64,000 nucleotides of DNA from Thermoanaerobaculia bacterium. GTDB lineage: Bacteria > Acidobacteriota > Thermoanaerobaculia > Multivoradales > DATKCC01. The stretch lies in NCBI GenBank assembly GCA_033762835.1, contig JANRLG010000029.1, positions 12,795-76,794 on the forward strand, given 5' to 3'. Below are positions 40,784-51,979 of the stretch, one piece after another (the stretch's first letter is position 1; the number at the start of each line of letters is the position of its first letter). A model generated the notes under the pieces. It did no database searches and was not told the DNA's origin. It saw nothing but the letters and a program-made list of their open reading frames with translations. Made by a program: the position numbers and the translations under genes.

Positions 40784-41610
40784 TCCGGCCCTTGCCTATG
40801 CCAAAGGCCTCAATCCCGCTCCCGTCCCTTGCTACCGCCCGCACCATGCCCACCGCCCGCTCGATCAGGTAGATCGGGCCGGCGGCGGGACCGAGGAGCT
40901 TGCCCACGGCGTAGTCGGCGACGGTCCGGCCGAGGGTGTCCTCATGAACTGCCTTGGCGAGGCGTAGCGCGGTGGTGACGGGCTGGAGCATCTCCTTGAC
41001 CTCGCGCTCGCCGTGACGAAGCACCAGGCGGCCGGGTCCCGGAGCGCGTTGTCGTTCTAGCTCCGGTCGTTGAGCTCAACGATGCGGCCCGAGAGGTTGC
41101 GGGCGTAGTCGTGCAGCCGGTCTTTCCGGCGCTCCCGGGAAGCCACCAGGGGCTCGAGCTTTCGGATCTGACCGCGGTGTTGCTGGAGGTGCACCAGCTC
41201 TCGGCCGGCTTCGGCGGCGGCCTCGCGGGCCTAGGACCGGGCGGGGGTCTGGAACGGCCCGAGGCTCTTGCCGCGGAGCCGGCCGAAGCGCTCGGGCTCG
41301 AGCTGGTCGGCGACATCGCGGGGTTTGACCCACACCGCGCGCTGGAGGCGCTCCGAGACCTCGCGGGCGTCGTCGCCGCGATAGGCCTTCTTGAGCAGGG
41401 CGTCGAGCTTATACTCGGAAACGGCCTCTTGATCGCGCAAGCCGCGGAAGTACTCGAGCCTCTAGCCGATCCGGTCGGCGAGTCCGACCGCCTTCTGCCA
41501 GCGCTCCCGGCTGTCGAGCCGCTCGAGTTCGTGCTTGAGGTGGCGGCGAATCGCGCTCGCGTCGCGGCTCTAGGTGTCGAGCGCCAGCCCAAACTCTCCA
41601 TAAGGCGACA
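40773..41610 (-). pseudogene. decayed ORF of unknown function with four in-frame TAG codons and a terminal frameshift
   Basis: Minus-frame translation reads through TAG at four positions between coding-like segments (e.g. EAVSEYKLDALLKKAYRGDDAREVSERLQRAVWVKPRDVADQLEPERFGRL). The last 83 aa lie in another frame. Confidence 0.4.
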
Positions 41611-41675
41611 TCCAGATTTACGACCCGGCTGGGTCGTTGAGCTGGGGTTGTCAGGATCTTTGAGGGGTCCTGGCG

Positions 41676-42420
41676 ATGCCGAAAGTGAGTTTGGAGGCGA
41701 AGATGACGATTCAGGAGTTGTTTGGTCGGGGCTTTTCGCGTTGCGCGATCGCGTCGGCGTTGTCGGTGACGGAAGGTACGGTGCGGTATCACCTGCGTCG
41801 GTTGTCGGGTCGCGCGTTGGACGGGCGGTCCCGTCAGGTGCAGAAGGCGTCGGGCTGGTCGGAGGCGATTGGTGTCTGGTTGTCGAGCCGGTCTCGGGGT
41901 TGGAATCTGGCGTCGTTGCACGGGTGGCTGGTGTCGGAGCATGGGTACCCCGGGAGCCTGCGTTCGGTGGAGCGTTTCGTGGCTCGGGAGTATCCGGCGC
42001 TGGCGGTACGGGCTCGTCGCCGGGTGGAGACGCCGCCCGGGGGTCAGGCGCAGGCGGACTGGGCGGAGTATCCCGGGGTGGTGGTGGGCGGCGAGGTCGT
42101 GGATCTGCGCCAGTTCGTGATGGTGCTGTCGCACTCTCGACGGACAGTGGCGGTGTGGTCGGTGCGCAAGGACCTGCTGTCGTGGCTGACGGTGCATAAC
42201 GAGGCGCTTCGTCGGCTGGGTGGGGTACCGGCGACGGTGCGGGTGGACAATGAGCGGACGGTGATGTCGCAGGGCTCGGGCTCGTGGGCACGGTGCACCC
42301 GGTGTACCGGCGCTACGCGGAGTCGGCGCGTTTCCACGTCGACGTCTGCGCGCCGCGCAGCCCGCAGGCCAAGGGCAAGGTGGAGCGCCGGGTGGGTGCC
42401 CAGCGACAATTAGTCCTGTG
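41676..42420 (+). pseudogene. istA: IS21-family transposase IstA, N-terminal part (HTH plus start of DDE core), interrupted
   Basis: HTH, QAQADWAEY and VLSHSR motifs. Frame breaks after VRVDNERT and continues PVYRRYAESARFHVDV...AKGKVERRV in another frame before the inner IS left terminal inverted repeat. Confidence 0.65.
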
Positions 42421-42512
42421 CACTGGCGACAACTACTTTTGTGCAATCCGATCGAATTTAGCTGAGGGTCTGAGAAGGCCTGTTTAGCTGCCACGCTCTC
42501 GAGTCTTCGCCG

Positions 42513-44010
42513 TTGGAGGGAGGAGCCGGGAGCGTCTTTACGGATGCCCAAGTGAGGAAGTTGATGGACGAGATGATGGAGCACGGCGAGTTGGGCGTTT
42601 CGGCGCTGCGGTCCGGGATGCACCGGAATACGGCACGCCGGTACTTGTCGGCGGGTCAGCTGCCGTCGGAGTTGCAGGCGCCGCGGAGTTGGCGGACGCG
42701 GCCGGACCCGTTCGCTGAGGACTGGGAGGAGATCTCGGTCCGGTTGTCTGAGGCGCCGGAGTTGGAGGCGCTGACGCTGTTCGAGGACCTGCTGCGTCGC
42801 CGGCCGGGGCGGTACCAGGAGGGTCAGGTGCGGACGTTCCAGCGCCGGGTGAAGCAGTGGCGAGCGGAGCAAGGTCCGGCGCGGGAGATCTTCCTTCCCC
42901 AGGAGCATCGAGCGGACGAGGCGCTGCAGACGGACTTCACGTCGGCGTCGAGCCTGGGGGTGGAGATCGGCGGCGAGCGTTTCGAGCACCTGCTGTGCCA
43001 TTCGGCGTTGCCGTACAGCAATTGGCAGTCGGTGGTGGTGAGCCGCTCGGAGTCGATGCTGGCGCTGCGTGGCGGCATCCAGGAGGCAGTGTTTCGGCTG
43101 GGTGCGGTGCCGGCGTGGCACCAGACGGATCACTCGACGGCGGCGACTCACGATCTGCGTACGGGGGCCGCGGCTTCAACGTCGAGTACGAGGAGCTGAT
43201 GGCCCACTTCGGGATGCAGCCGCGGACGATCGGCATCGGCCAGAGCCACCAGAATGGCGACGTCGAGGCGCTCAACGGGTCGCTCAAGCGGCGGCTCGCG
43301 CAGCATCTGCTGCTGCGCGGCAGCCGGTGCTTCGCGACGCTCGCCGAGTACGAGGGCTGGCTGGGGACGGTGGTCGAGCAAGCCAACGGTGCGCGGGCCG
43401 AGCGCCTGGCCGAAGAGCTGGCGGTGATGCGTCCGCTGTCGGCCGCGGCGCTGCCGCGCTATCGCGAGCTGCGGGTGCGGGTCAGCTCGAATGGCACGAT
43501 CCGGGTGCAAAACATACCTACTCGGTGCCGCCGCGGCTGCGCGGGGAGCGCCTGGTGGTGCGGCTGTACGACCTACGCTTGAAGGTGTTCTACGGGGACC
43601 AGCGGCAGCTGGTGATCGAGCGGCTGCGGGGCGAGGGCAAACATGGCGTCGACTACCGGCACGTCATCTGGTCGCTGCTGAAAAAGCCCTGGGCCTTCGC
43701 CCGCTACCGCTATCGCGAGGCGCTGTTTCCCAGCGACACCTTGCGCCGCGCCTTCGCCGTCCTGACCGACCAGCTGCCCGAGCGGCAGGCCGAGCTCGAG
43801 TACCTGCGGGTGCTTCATCTGGCGGCGGCGACCCTGCAGTCGGAGGTCGAGGTGGCGATCGAGCTGCTGCTCGAGGCAGGCAAGCTGCCGAGCTTCGTCG
43901 AGGTGCGGGCCTTGGTGGCGGAGCGCAAGCCCGAGGTGCCCGAGATGGCCCCGCTGGCGGTGGACTTGGCCGCCTACGACCAACTGCTCGCGGCGGGAGG
44001 TCGGCGATGA
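42513..44010 (+). pseudogene. istA: IS21-family transposase IstA of the inner element, split over three frames
   Basis: N-terminal HTH, then HQTDHSTAATH; frame shifts near 43.15 kb and 43.5 kb. The C-terminal section ends with an ATGA overlap onto istB. Confidence 0.6.
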
Positions 44011-44768
44011 GCCTCGACAGCACCCCGATGCTGCTGCGGTCGCTCAAGCTCCCCGGCTTCGCCCGCGCCTACGCCGAGGTGGCCGCCCAGGCCGAGCGAG
44101 AAGGCTGGGGCTTCCAGCGCTACCTGGCCTACCTGGCCGAGATCGGGATCGAAGACCGCCGGAGCCATCGCCTCGAGCGGCTGCGCCGGCAAAGCGGCCT
44201 GCCGCGGGACAAGACGCTTTCGACCCTCGACCTGTCGCGCTGGCCGGCGGCCGTCCGCCGCACCCTGCCGACTTTGTGCGAGGGCGGATTCGTCGACCGC
44301 GCCGAGAACCTGCTCGCCTTCGGACTGCCCGGACGCGGCAAGACCCACCTCGTCTGTGCCCTCGGACACGAGCTGATCGAGCGCGGCTACCAGGTCCTCT
44401 TCCTGCCCGCCTTCAAGCTCGTCCAACGACTGCTCGCCGCCAAGAAGGAGCTCGACCTCGAGGCCACCCTCAAACGCCTCGACCGCTTCGAGGTCGTCAT
44501 CCTCGACGACCTCGGATACGTCCAGCAAAGCCGCGAGGAGATGGAGGTCCTCTTCACCTTCCTCGCCGAACGCTACGAGCGACGAAGCGTACTGATCACC
44601 TCCAACCTCGTCTTCTCCCAGTGGGACAAGATCTTTCAAGACCCCATGACCACCGCCTGCGCCATCGACCGGCTCGTCCACCACGCCGTCATCCTCGAGC
44701 TCTCCGGCTCGAGCTACCGCGCCGACGCCGCCCGACAACGCACCCAGAAACCGGCGGTCAAGTCGTGA
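44007..44768 (+). CDS. istB: IS21-family helper ATPase IstB (inner element)
   Basis: GLPGRGKTHL Walker A, VVILDDLGY Walker B, 253 aa. Confidence 0.85.
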   Translation: MSLDSTPMLLRSLKLPGFARAYAEVAAQAEREGWGFQRYLAYLAEIGIEDRRSHRLERLRRQSGLPRDKTLSTLDLSRWPAAVRRTLPTLCEGGFVDRAENLLAFGLPGRGKTHLVCALGHELIERGYQVLFLPAFKLVQRLLAAKKELDLEATLKRLDRFEVVILDDLGYVQQSREEMEVLFTFLAERYERRSVLITSNLVFSQWDKIFQDPMTTACAIDRLVHHAVILELSGSSYRADAARQRTQKPAVKS

Positions 44769-45002
44769 CACCACCGCCGGTTTTCCACAGCCTCGACCCC
44801 TCTTCCCCCGGACCCCCATCACCCCGGCCCCCGGCCTGCCGGACTGTGGAAGGCTGCCGACCCCAAAACCCCCAACCGGCACCCTCCCACAGCCCTTGGA
44901 AAACGCTCCGCGTTTCCCACAGGCCAGCGGCCACGACGACGACGAAACTACGGGTCTCTCAGAATGGAGGATGCACAGTTCTAATTGTCGCCGCTGCACA
45001 GG

Positions 45003-45470
45003 AATAGTTGACGCCGACCAGGTGGGGGTGCTGCGCTTCGCGTTCGATCCCTGCGGCCAGGATTGGCCCCATCTGGAAGCGTTGCAAGCGGCGACGGACG
45101 CGGCGCTATCACCCGCGGGCTGGCGCTGGCGGTGCCCGGCGACCGGGACAACGGTGTTCGAAGCCTGGCAGGCGGAGCTGCCGCACTTGGGCGCGTTGCC
45201 GAAGCTGCCGGAGCCTTTCGACCTGGTCGCCGAGCGTCGGGTGGGACCGGACTGCACGGTGAGCTTCGAGGGCCGGACGTATTCGGTGCCGTTCGCCTGG
45301 CTGGGCCAGGCGGTCGAAGTCCGCGGTGCGGCCCGCCACGTCGTGATCCTCGCGGGGGGCCAGGAGGTGGCGCGCCACGCGCGACGGACCGTGTCGCGGA
45401 TCGTGCTCGATCCGGCACACTTCGAAGGCCCGGCGACCGCTCGATCTCTATGCGGCGCTCGCGGAGGGGG
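45003..45470 (+). pseudogene. istA: C-terminal remainder of the outer element IstA, resuming directly after the inner IS right terminal inverted repeat
   Basis: VSFEGRTYSVPFAWLGQAVEVRGAARHVVILAGGQEVARHAR is typical of an IstA C-terminus. It now sits in the same frame as the downstream istB, so the native stop is lost. Confidence 0.55.
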
Positions 45471-45474
45471 CGCG

Positions 45475-46248
45475 ATGAGCCGGGGCAAGGTGGATCTCGA
45501 CACCACGCGCGAGCGGCTCGCCAAGCTGGGGCTCGTCCACGCCGCGGAGCAGCTCGCTGGCCGACTCGGCGAGGCGGTCAAGGAGTCCGTCCCGCCCCAC
45601 CGCTTCCTCGACGAGCTGCTCGAGGCCGAGCTCGTCGCCCGCGACGAGCGCCGGATCAAGACCTCGCTCCGGCTCTCCGGCCTGCCGCTCGGCCAGACCC
45701 TCCAGAGCTTCGACTTCAGCTTCCAGCCCGCCGTCGATCGCAGCCGCATCGAAACCCTGGCCACCTGCGCCTGGATTCGCGATACGGCCACGCTCCTGCT
45801 CCAAGGCCCGCCGGGGGTCGGCAAAACCCACCTCGCCGTCGCCCTCGGGGCCAAGGCCATCGAAAACGGCTTCTCCGTCGTCTTCTTCCGGCTCGAGGAG
45901 CTGCTCCAGGCCCTGCGTCGCGACGCCGACCTGCCCACCTCGCGGCTGCGCCAGAGGAAGTAGCACAGCACCGCTCTGCTCATCCTCGACGAAGTCGGCT
46001 TCGAGCCCATGAGCCGTCAAGAAGCCAGCCTCTTCTTCCGCCTCGTCAGCTACCGCTACGGCCGCGGAAGCTTGCTCATCACGACCAACAAGGGCATCCG
46101 CGACTGGCCCGAGATCCTCGCCGGGGACGAAGTCCTCGCCACCGCCATCCTCGATCGGCTCCTCCACAAGAGCCACGTCCTCAACATCAAGGGCCGAAGC
46201 TACCGCCTCCGAGACCTCGAAGGAGCCGCCGAACGCGGACGAAACTGA
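45475..46248 (+). pseudogene. istB: IS21-family IstB (outer element) with in-frame TAG at 45961
   Basis: GPPGVGKTHL Walker A. Reads ...RLRQRK*HSTALLILDEVGFEP..., so the Walker B region continues past the TAG. Confidence 0.6.
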
Positions 46249-46853
46249 CCGCGACAAACAAACCTCGACCTTGGCGGCGGGGGCCGCGGCCCACCCCCAC
46301 CCCCCGCCCGGGCCGCCGCCCCCGCCGCCAAGGCGGGACCACCAGCGGGCATCCCCGGCGTTCCGCCGGCACCCAACCAACAGCCGGACGCCCGGCACCC
46401 GCCGGGCGGCAGAACAAGCAAAAGAAACCAAGAAGGGAGGCAGAAAGAAGGAATCAGAGAAGAGAAGATGCAGCAAGAACTCTCGTAACAGTAGGTGTCG
46501 CCTTAGGTCGTAAAGGTGGGTGTCGCTTGACACCCTGTGGCCACGCTGGGGTCCTTTCAGGGGTCCATTTCGAGGAACCGTCGCGCGCCTTTCATGGTTA
46601 CACGACATTCCACCCTCGTACAGAATCATCAGCAAACTATGGCAAAAAAAGCAAATCCCGGCAATGGTGTAGCGCCATGGACATCCTTAAACAAGAGCCG
46701 GCCCCGTGTGCCGGCCGGGGTGGCTGAAAGCGCCTAAAGAGCCCGGAACCCTGCCTGAATCCTTTCGCGCCGCGCGCGGCTCTTTCCTGTTGCAACAGAA
46801 ACAGCGTGCCGGCGCGATGGCCGTGACCGGGCGCCCACGACGGGAGGAATGCC

Positions 46854-47063
46854 ATGAACTTGCTGCCGAAAAATGTCGGATCGATCGACCGGGCCCTGCG
46901 GGTGGTTCTCGGACTCGGGTTACTCGCCATCGTCTTCGTGGGTCCCAAGACGCCCTGGGGCTGGCTCGGCCTCGTGCCGCTCCTGACCGCGTCCGTGGCG
47001 AGCTGCCCGCTCTACACGCTGCTCGGGCTGCGGACGTGCCCGCTCGACCCGGCGGCGCGCTGA
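46854..47063 (+). CDS. DUF2892/YgaP-like small membrane protein
   Basis: GGGAGG SD. 69 aa with two hydrophobic helices and a conserved C-terminal CPLY..G..TC motif. Confidence 0.6.
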   Translation: MNLLPKNVGSIDRALRVVLGLGLLAIVFVGPKTPWGWLGLVPLLTASVASCPLYTLLGLRTCPLDPAAR

Positions 47064-47072
47064 CCCCGGCGA

Positions 47073-48398
47073 TTACGAGACCTCGGCAGCGCTTGGCTCG
47101 AGTACCGCCGGCTGTCGACGGATGGCGACTTTGTCGATTCGCTGGCGGTCCATGTCGATGATCTCGAAGTCGAAACCGCCGACCGAAAAGGCGTCTCCCT
47201 CCGAGGGCAGCCGGTCCAGCGAATGCACGATGAAGCCGGCGAGCGTCTGAAAAGGTTCCTTCTCGGCCAGGACGGCCGGTGCCAGATCCGGGAGACTCTC
47301 GAGGACATGGTCGATCTCGAGATCGCCGTCCGCCAGCCAGTATTGTTGCCCGGCCTCTCGCAGGACCGGCTCGTCCGCTGTGGGCGCAAGGCGCGGACGC
47401 AAGTCACCCACGACTTCTTCGAGCAGATCCTCGAGCGTGACGAGTCCGCGGATCGTTCCGAACTCGTCGGTGACGAGGGCGGCCCCGAGACCCGAGCGAC
47501 GCAGGGTGTCGAACAGGCTCAGGGCGGGCTGATTCTCGGCCACGAACTCCGGCGGACGCATCACCGAACGCAGTGGCTGGGCCTTGCCGCTCGAGACCAT
47601 GGCATACAAGTCGCGAAGCGAGACGAGACCGGCGATTTCATCGCGAAACCCCTCGTAGACGGGAAAGACGCTCTGGCGACTTGCCGCGACCTGGGGCCAG
47701 TACTGCTCCGGGAGGGCCTCCGCCGCAAGAAAGAGAACCTTGGGCTTGGGCCGCATGATCTCCTCGGCAAGAACCTCGCGGAGATCGAAGACTCCCTCGA
47801 CGAGCTCGTTCTCCTCCGGTCGCACCCCTCCGGTCACCAAACCCTCGCGCAGGAGAACACGAACTTCGTCCGGCGTTGGTCCCGCGGTGGCCGCGGTCTT
47901 GCCGAAGAGGCCCAGAACGAGGCGCGTACTGACCCCGAGGAACCACACGAGGGGAAAGGCCAGTACCGACAGCAGGTGCATCGGCCGGGCCATGCGGCAA
48001 GCGATGGACTCCGGATTGCGCAAAGCCAGGTTCTTCGGGACCAGCTCGCCGACGATGAGGGAAAGATAAGTGATGACGCCCACCACGAAAGCGAACGACA
48101 GCACCTCGGCGTTCCCGGCCAAGACCGGCACTCGCTCGAGATAGGGTTGGAGCCGCTGGGCGAGAGTCGCGCCGCCGAAAGCACCAGCCAGCACGCCGAC
48201 CAAGGTGATCCCTACCTGCACCGTGGACAAGAACCGCTCCGGGTCCTTGACCAGGGAGAGCGCCAGGGCTGCGCCCGCATCACCTTCGTTCGCGCGCTGC
48301 TCCAGTCGTACGCGCCGAGCGGATACGAGGGCGATCTCGGCCATGGCAAAGATGCCGTTGACGGCCAACAGGACGACGATGACCGCCAGCTCACTCAT
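47073..48398 (-). CDS. CNNM/TlyC/CorC-family transporter (DUF21, CBS pair, CorC_HlyC domains)
   Basis: 441 aa. N-terminal 4-TM DUF21 domain, tandem CBS domains, C-terminal transporter-associated domain. Confidence 0.85.
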   Translation of the reverse strand: MSELAVIVVLLAVNGIFAMAEIALVSARRVRLEQRANEGDAGAALALSLVKDPERFLSTVQVGITLVGVLAGAFGGATLAQRLQPYLERVPVLAGNAEVLSFAFVVGVITYLSLIVGELVPKNLALRNPESIACRMARPMHLLSVLAFPLVWFLGVSTRLVLGLFGKTAATAGPTPDEVRVLLREGLVTGGVRPEENELVEGVFDLREVLAEEIMRPKPKVLFLAAEALPEQYWPQVAASRQSVFPVYEGFRDEIAGLVSLRDLYAMVSSGKAQPLRSVMRPPEFVAENQPALSLFDTLRRSGLGAALVTDEFGTIRGLVTLEDLLEEVVGDLRPRLAPTADEPVLREAGQQYWLADGDLEIDHVLESLPDLAPAVLAEKEPFQTLAGFIVHSLDRLPSEGDAFSVGGFDFEIIDMDRQRIDKVAIRRQPAVLEPSAAEVS

Positions 48399-48567
48399 GC
48401 CGGAGATTGAAGCATAGAGCCGCAGCTCGTGACGAGGCCAGAACGCAGGGAGGATGGAGCCGACCTCCGCTCTTCCGTCTCCGAGCTGTTACACTTCTGC
48501 CCCTACCGCCCGGGCGAGCTTGCTGCCCGGCGATCCTGCTGAACAAACACCGACCCCGAGGTCCTGG

Positions 48568-50172
<1,605 letters not shown>

Positions 50173-50175
50173 ACC

Positions 50176-50808
50176 TCAAAGCGTCAGTGGCGCGCCCCGG
50201 AACCACAGTCGCTTCGGAAGGAGCGGCTGGCCGGGGCGGTAGATCACCTCGAGCTCCCAACCCTCTTGCCCAGCGGGCGGCAACGTGGCCCGGTTGGGGA
50301 TGAAAAAGCGGTCGAGTTCGAAGTCGATCGAGCCCTCCAACGTCTCGGGTATCGGCAGGCTCGGTCCGGCGTCCGAAATCTCCCGGCGGGGCGGGCGGAG
50401 CCACAGCCGGACGCGTGCAGTGATCTCGTGCGCGGGTTCTGGGCTGGCGGAACCGGGTGCCTCCGGGCGACGCACCGTGCACAGCCGCTCGACTTCGCCG
50501 TAGGGGCCGGCTTCCGGACAGAAGCCCACCACCAAATCCCCCGTGAAGTGCAAATCACCGTTCGTGGCGGCGACGAAGGCGTCGAAGAGCGGGTCCTGGT
50601 CCATTCGCGGCCGGGGGCGTTCGACCCGGGCGTCGACCGGGTTCAGGATGAAGTACCGCCCGCGGACGAGATCGAACGGGTCCACCGGCCGGAGCGGGAT
50701 CCGGAAGGTCGGGGCCGTTCTCCGGAGGTACTCGTGGTAGCCCACCCAAGAGGCGAAGACCAAGAGCTGAGCCGCGATCACGGCGAAGAGCTTGGCGCGC
50801 CCGCTCAT
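50176..50808 (-). CDS. GDYXXLXY-domain membrane-anchored protein
   Basis: N-terminal TM. PVDPFDLVRGRYFILNP matches the GDYXXLXY family signature. Confidence 0.55.
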   Translation of the reverse strand: MSGRAKLFAVIAAQLLVFASWVGYHEYLRRTAPTFRIPLRPVDPFDLVRGRYFILNPVDARVERPRPRMDQDPLFDAFVAATNGDLHFTGDLVVGFCPEAGPYGEVERLCTVRRPEAPGSASPEPAHEITARVRLWLRPPRREISDAGPSLPIPETLEGSIDFELDRFFIPNRATLPPAGQEGWELEVIYRPGQPLLPKRLWFRGAPLTL

Positions 50809-51968
50809 GGCTCGGCTCCGGCGGTCAGAGTGCGCCGGCGCTGGCGTTCGAGCGCCCCGACGATGACCAGAATGAGGACTCCCGTGAGGGCCAGCATGGC
50901 CCCGCCCTCGAGGTACTCACCGAACCAGTCGAAGTACCGGACGACGAGACCAGCGAGGATGGCGAGGAAACCCAGGTTGACCCACAGCGCTCGGCGGGAG
51001 GCCGCGCCGGCGCGGATCAGGAGGAACGCCACCGCCAGTTGGGTCACCCAGGACACCCCGATGGCGATCACGTCGAGGCCGTCGCCGATTTCGTAGTGCT
51101 CGCCGAGCAGCACCCAGGGCAGCAGCGACAAGACGACGATGGCGCGGGATTCGAGCCCGGACCACGCCGCCGGAAGGACCCGTCGGGGCCAGGCGAGGGT
51201 GACCCCAAGACCCAGCCCGGCCACCCACCACGCGGCTCCGAGATCGCTGCGGTCGAGAATCTGCTCGCCGCCCAGAAACAGCAGGAACAACTGGGAGACA
51301 ACCACCCACCAGAAGCCCAAGACGTTCGGCAGGAACTGCGCCGGCTGCGGCAGGAAGGAAACCGCCCCCGCCGCCAGGCACGGGATCAGGAGCCACAACC
51401 AAGGACCGAGAGCCGACGTGGCCGCGAGCCAACCGTCGGCGGCCGCCACTTCCGCCGTCAGGGCCGAAACGAGGGCCACGAAGACGACCAGTGTCATAGC
51501 TCGCCAGGGCAGCGCCCAACACAACGGAAGGGCCAAGGCGAGCCAGAACCAGAAGCCGTTGGCCGGCCGGGAGTTCAGATGGTAGATCTGGCTGACCAGC
51601 GCGATGCCGCCGAACAGCCAGCCTCCCGCGACGAAGGCTAGCGATTCGGCGATCAGCGGCCGCTCCGTCACCCGTCCGGCCCGCTGGACCAAAGCCAGCA
51701 AGCTCAGGTAGATCGCCAGCCAACCGCCGAGCTTCCCAAAAGCAGGAACACGCGCCCAGTTCTCCGCCATGACCAGGATCAGGCCGGCGAGCAGGAGGCC
51801 GCCCCCAAGTACCACCAAGGCCCAGCGCACCCATGGCACGGCAGCGGTCGCGGTCGGCGCGCGGTCGGGGGGACTCGCCGCCCGCAGTTCGGCCACCTGC
51901 GCGTCCGAGAGGAGTCCCACCTGCTGCCAGTGGGCCAAGTGATGTTCGACCCGGGGATCGAGACTCAT
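50805..51968 (-). CDS. DUF2157-type multi-pass membrane protein (partner of the GDYXXLXY protein)
   Basis: 387 aa from the internal ATG (MSLDPRVEHHLAHW). At least 10 TM helices. Overlaps the downstream gene by 4 nt. Confidence 0.55.
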   Translation of the reverse strand: MSLDPRVEHHLAHWQQVGLLSDAQVAELRAASPPDRAPTATAAVPWVRWALVVLGGGLLLAGLILVMAENWARVPAFGKLGGWLAIYLSLLALVQRAGRVTERPLIAESLAFVAGGWLFGGIALVSQIYHLNSRPANGFWFWLALALPLCWALPWRAMTLVVFVALVSALTAEVAAADGWLAATSALGPWLWLLIPCLAAGAVSFLPQPAQFLPNVLGFWWVVVSQLFLLFLGGEQILDRSDLGAAWWVAGLGLGVTLAWPRRVLPAAWSGLESRAIVVLSLLPWVLLGEHYEIGDGLDVIAIGVSWVTQLAVAFLLIRAGAASRRALWVNLGFLAILAGLVVRYFDWFGEYLEGGAMLALTGVLILVIVGALERQRRRTLTAGAEP

Positions 51969-51979
51969 GGCGCGGTGCC

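Larger units (their letters stand above)
42414..45003 (+). mobile_element. inner IS21-family element (istA frameshifted, istB intact) inserted into the istA of an outer IS21 copy
   Basis: Imperfect terminal inverted repeats of about 35 bp: TCCTGTGCACTGGCGACAACTACTTTTGTGCAATCC at 42414-42449, and its reverse complement GGATGCACAGTTCTAATTGTCGCCGCTGCACAGGA at 44969-45003. Size 2.6 kb. Confidence 0.6.
41600..46570 (+). mobile_element. outer, decayed IS21-family element; boundaries approximate
   Basis: Motifs TAAGGCGACA and TTTACGACC occur together at 41600-41624 and, in inverted orientation, at 46495-46520, bracketing the istA/istB genes. A GGGGTCC motif is shared at both ends. Confidence 0.4.

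Noticed and set aside
40773-46248. Possibility that TAG is reassigned (amber read-through or pyrrolysine) because five in-frame TAGs occur
   Set aside because: rng and other backbone genes terminate at TAG. The TAG-containing genes also carry frameshifts and lie in decayed IS copies. Nonsense decay is the simpler explanation.
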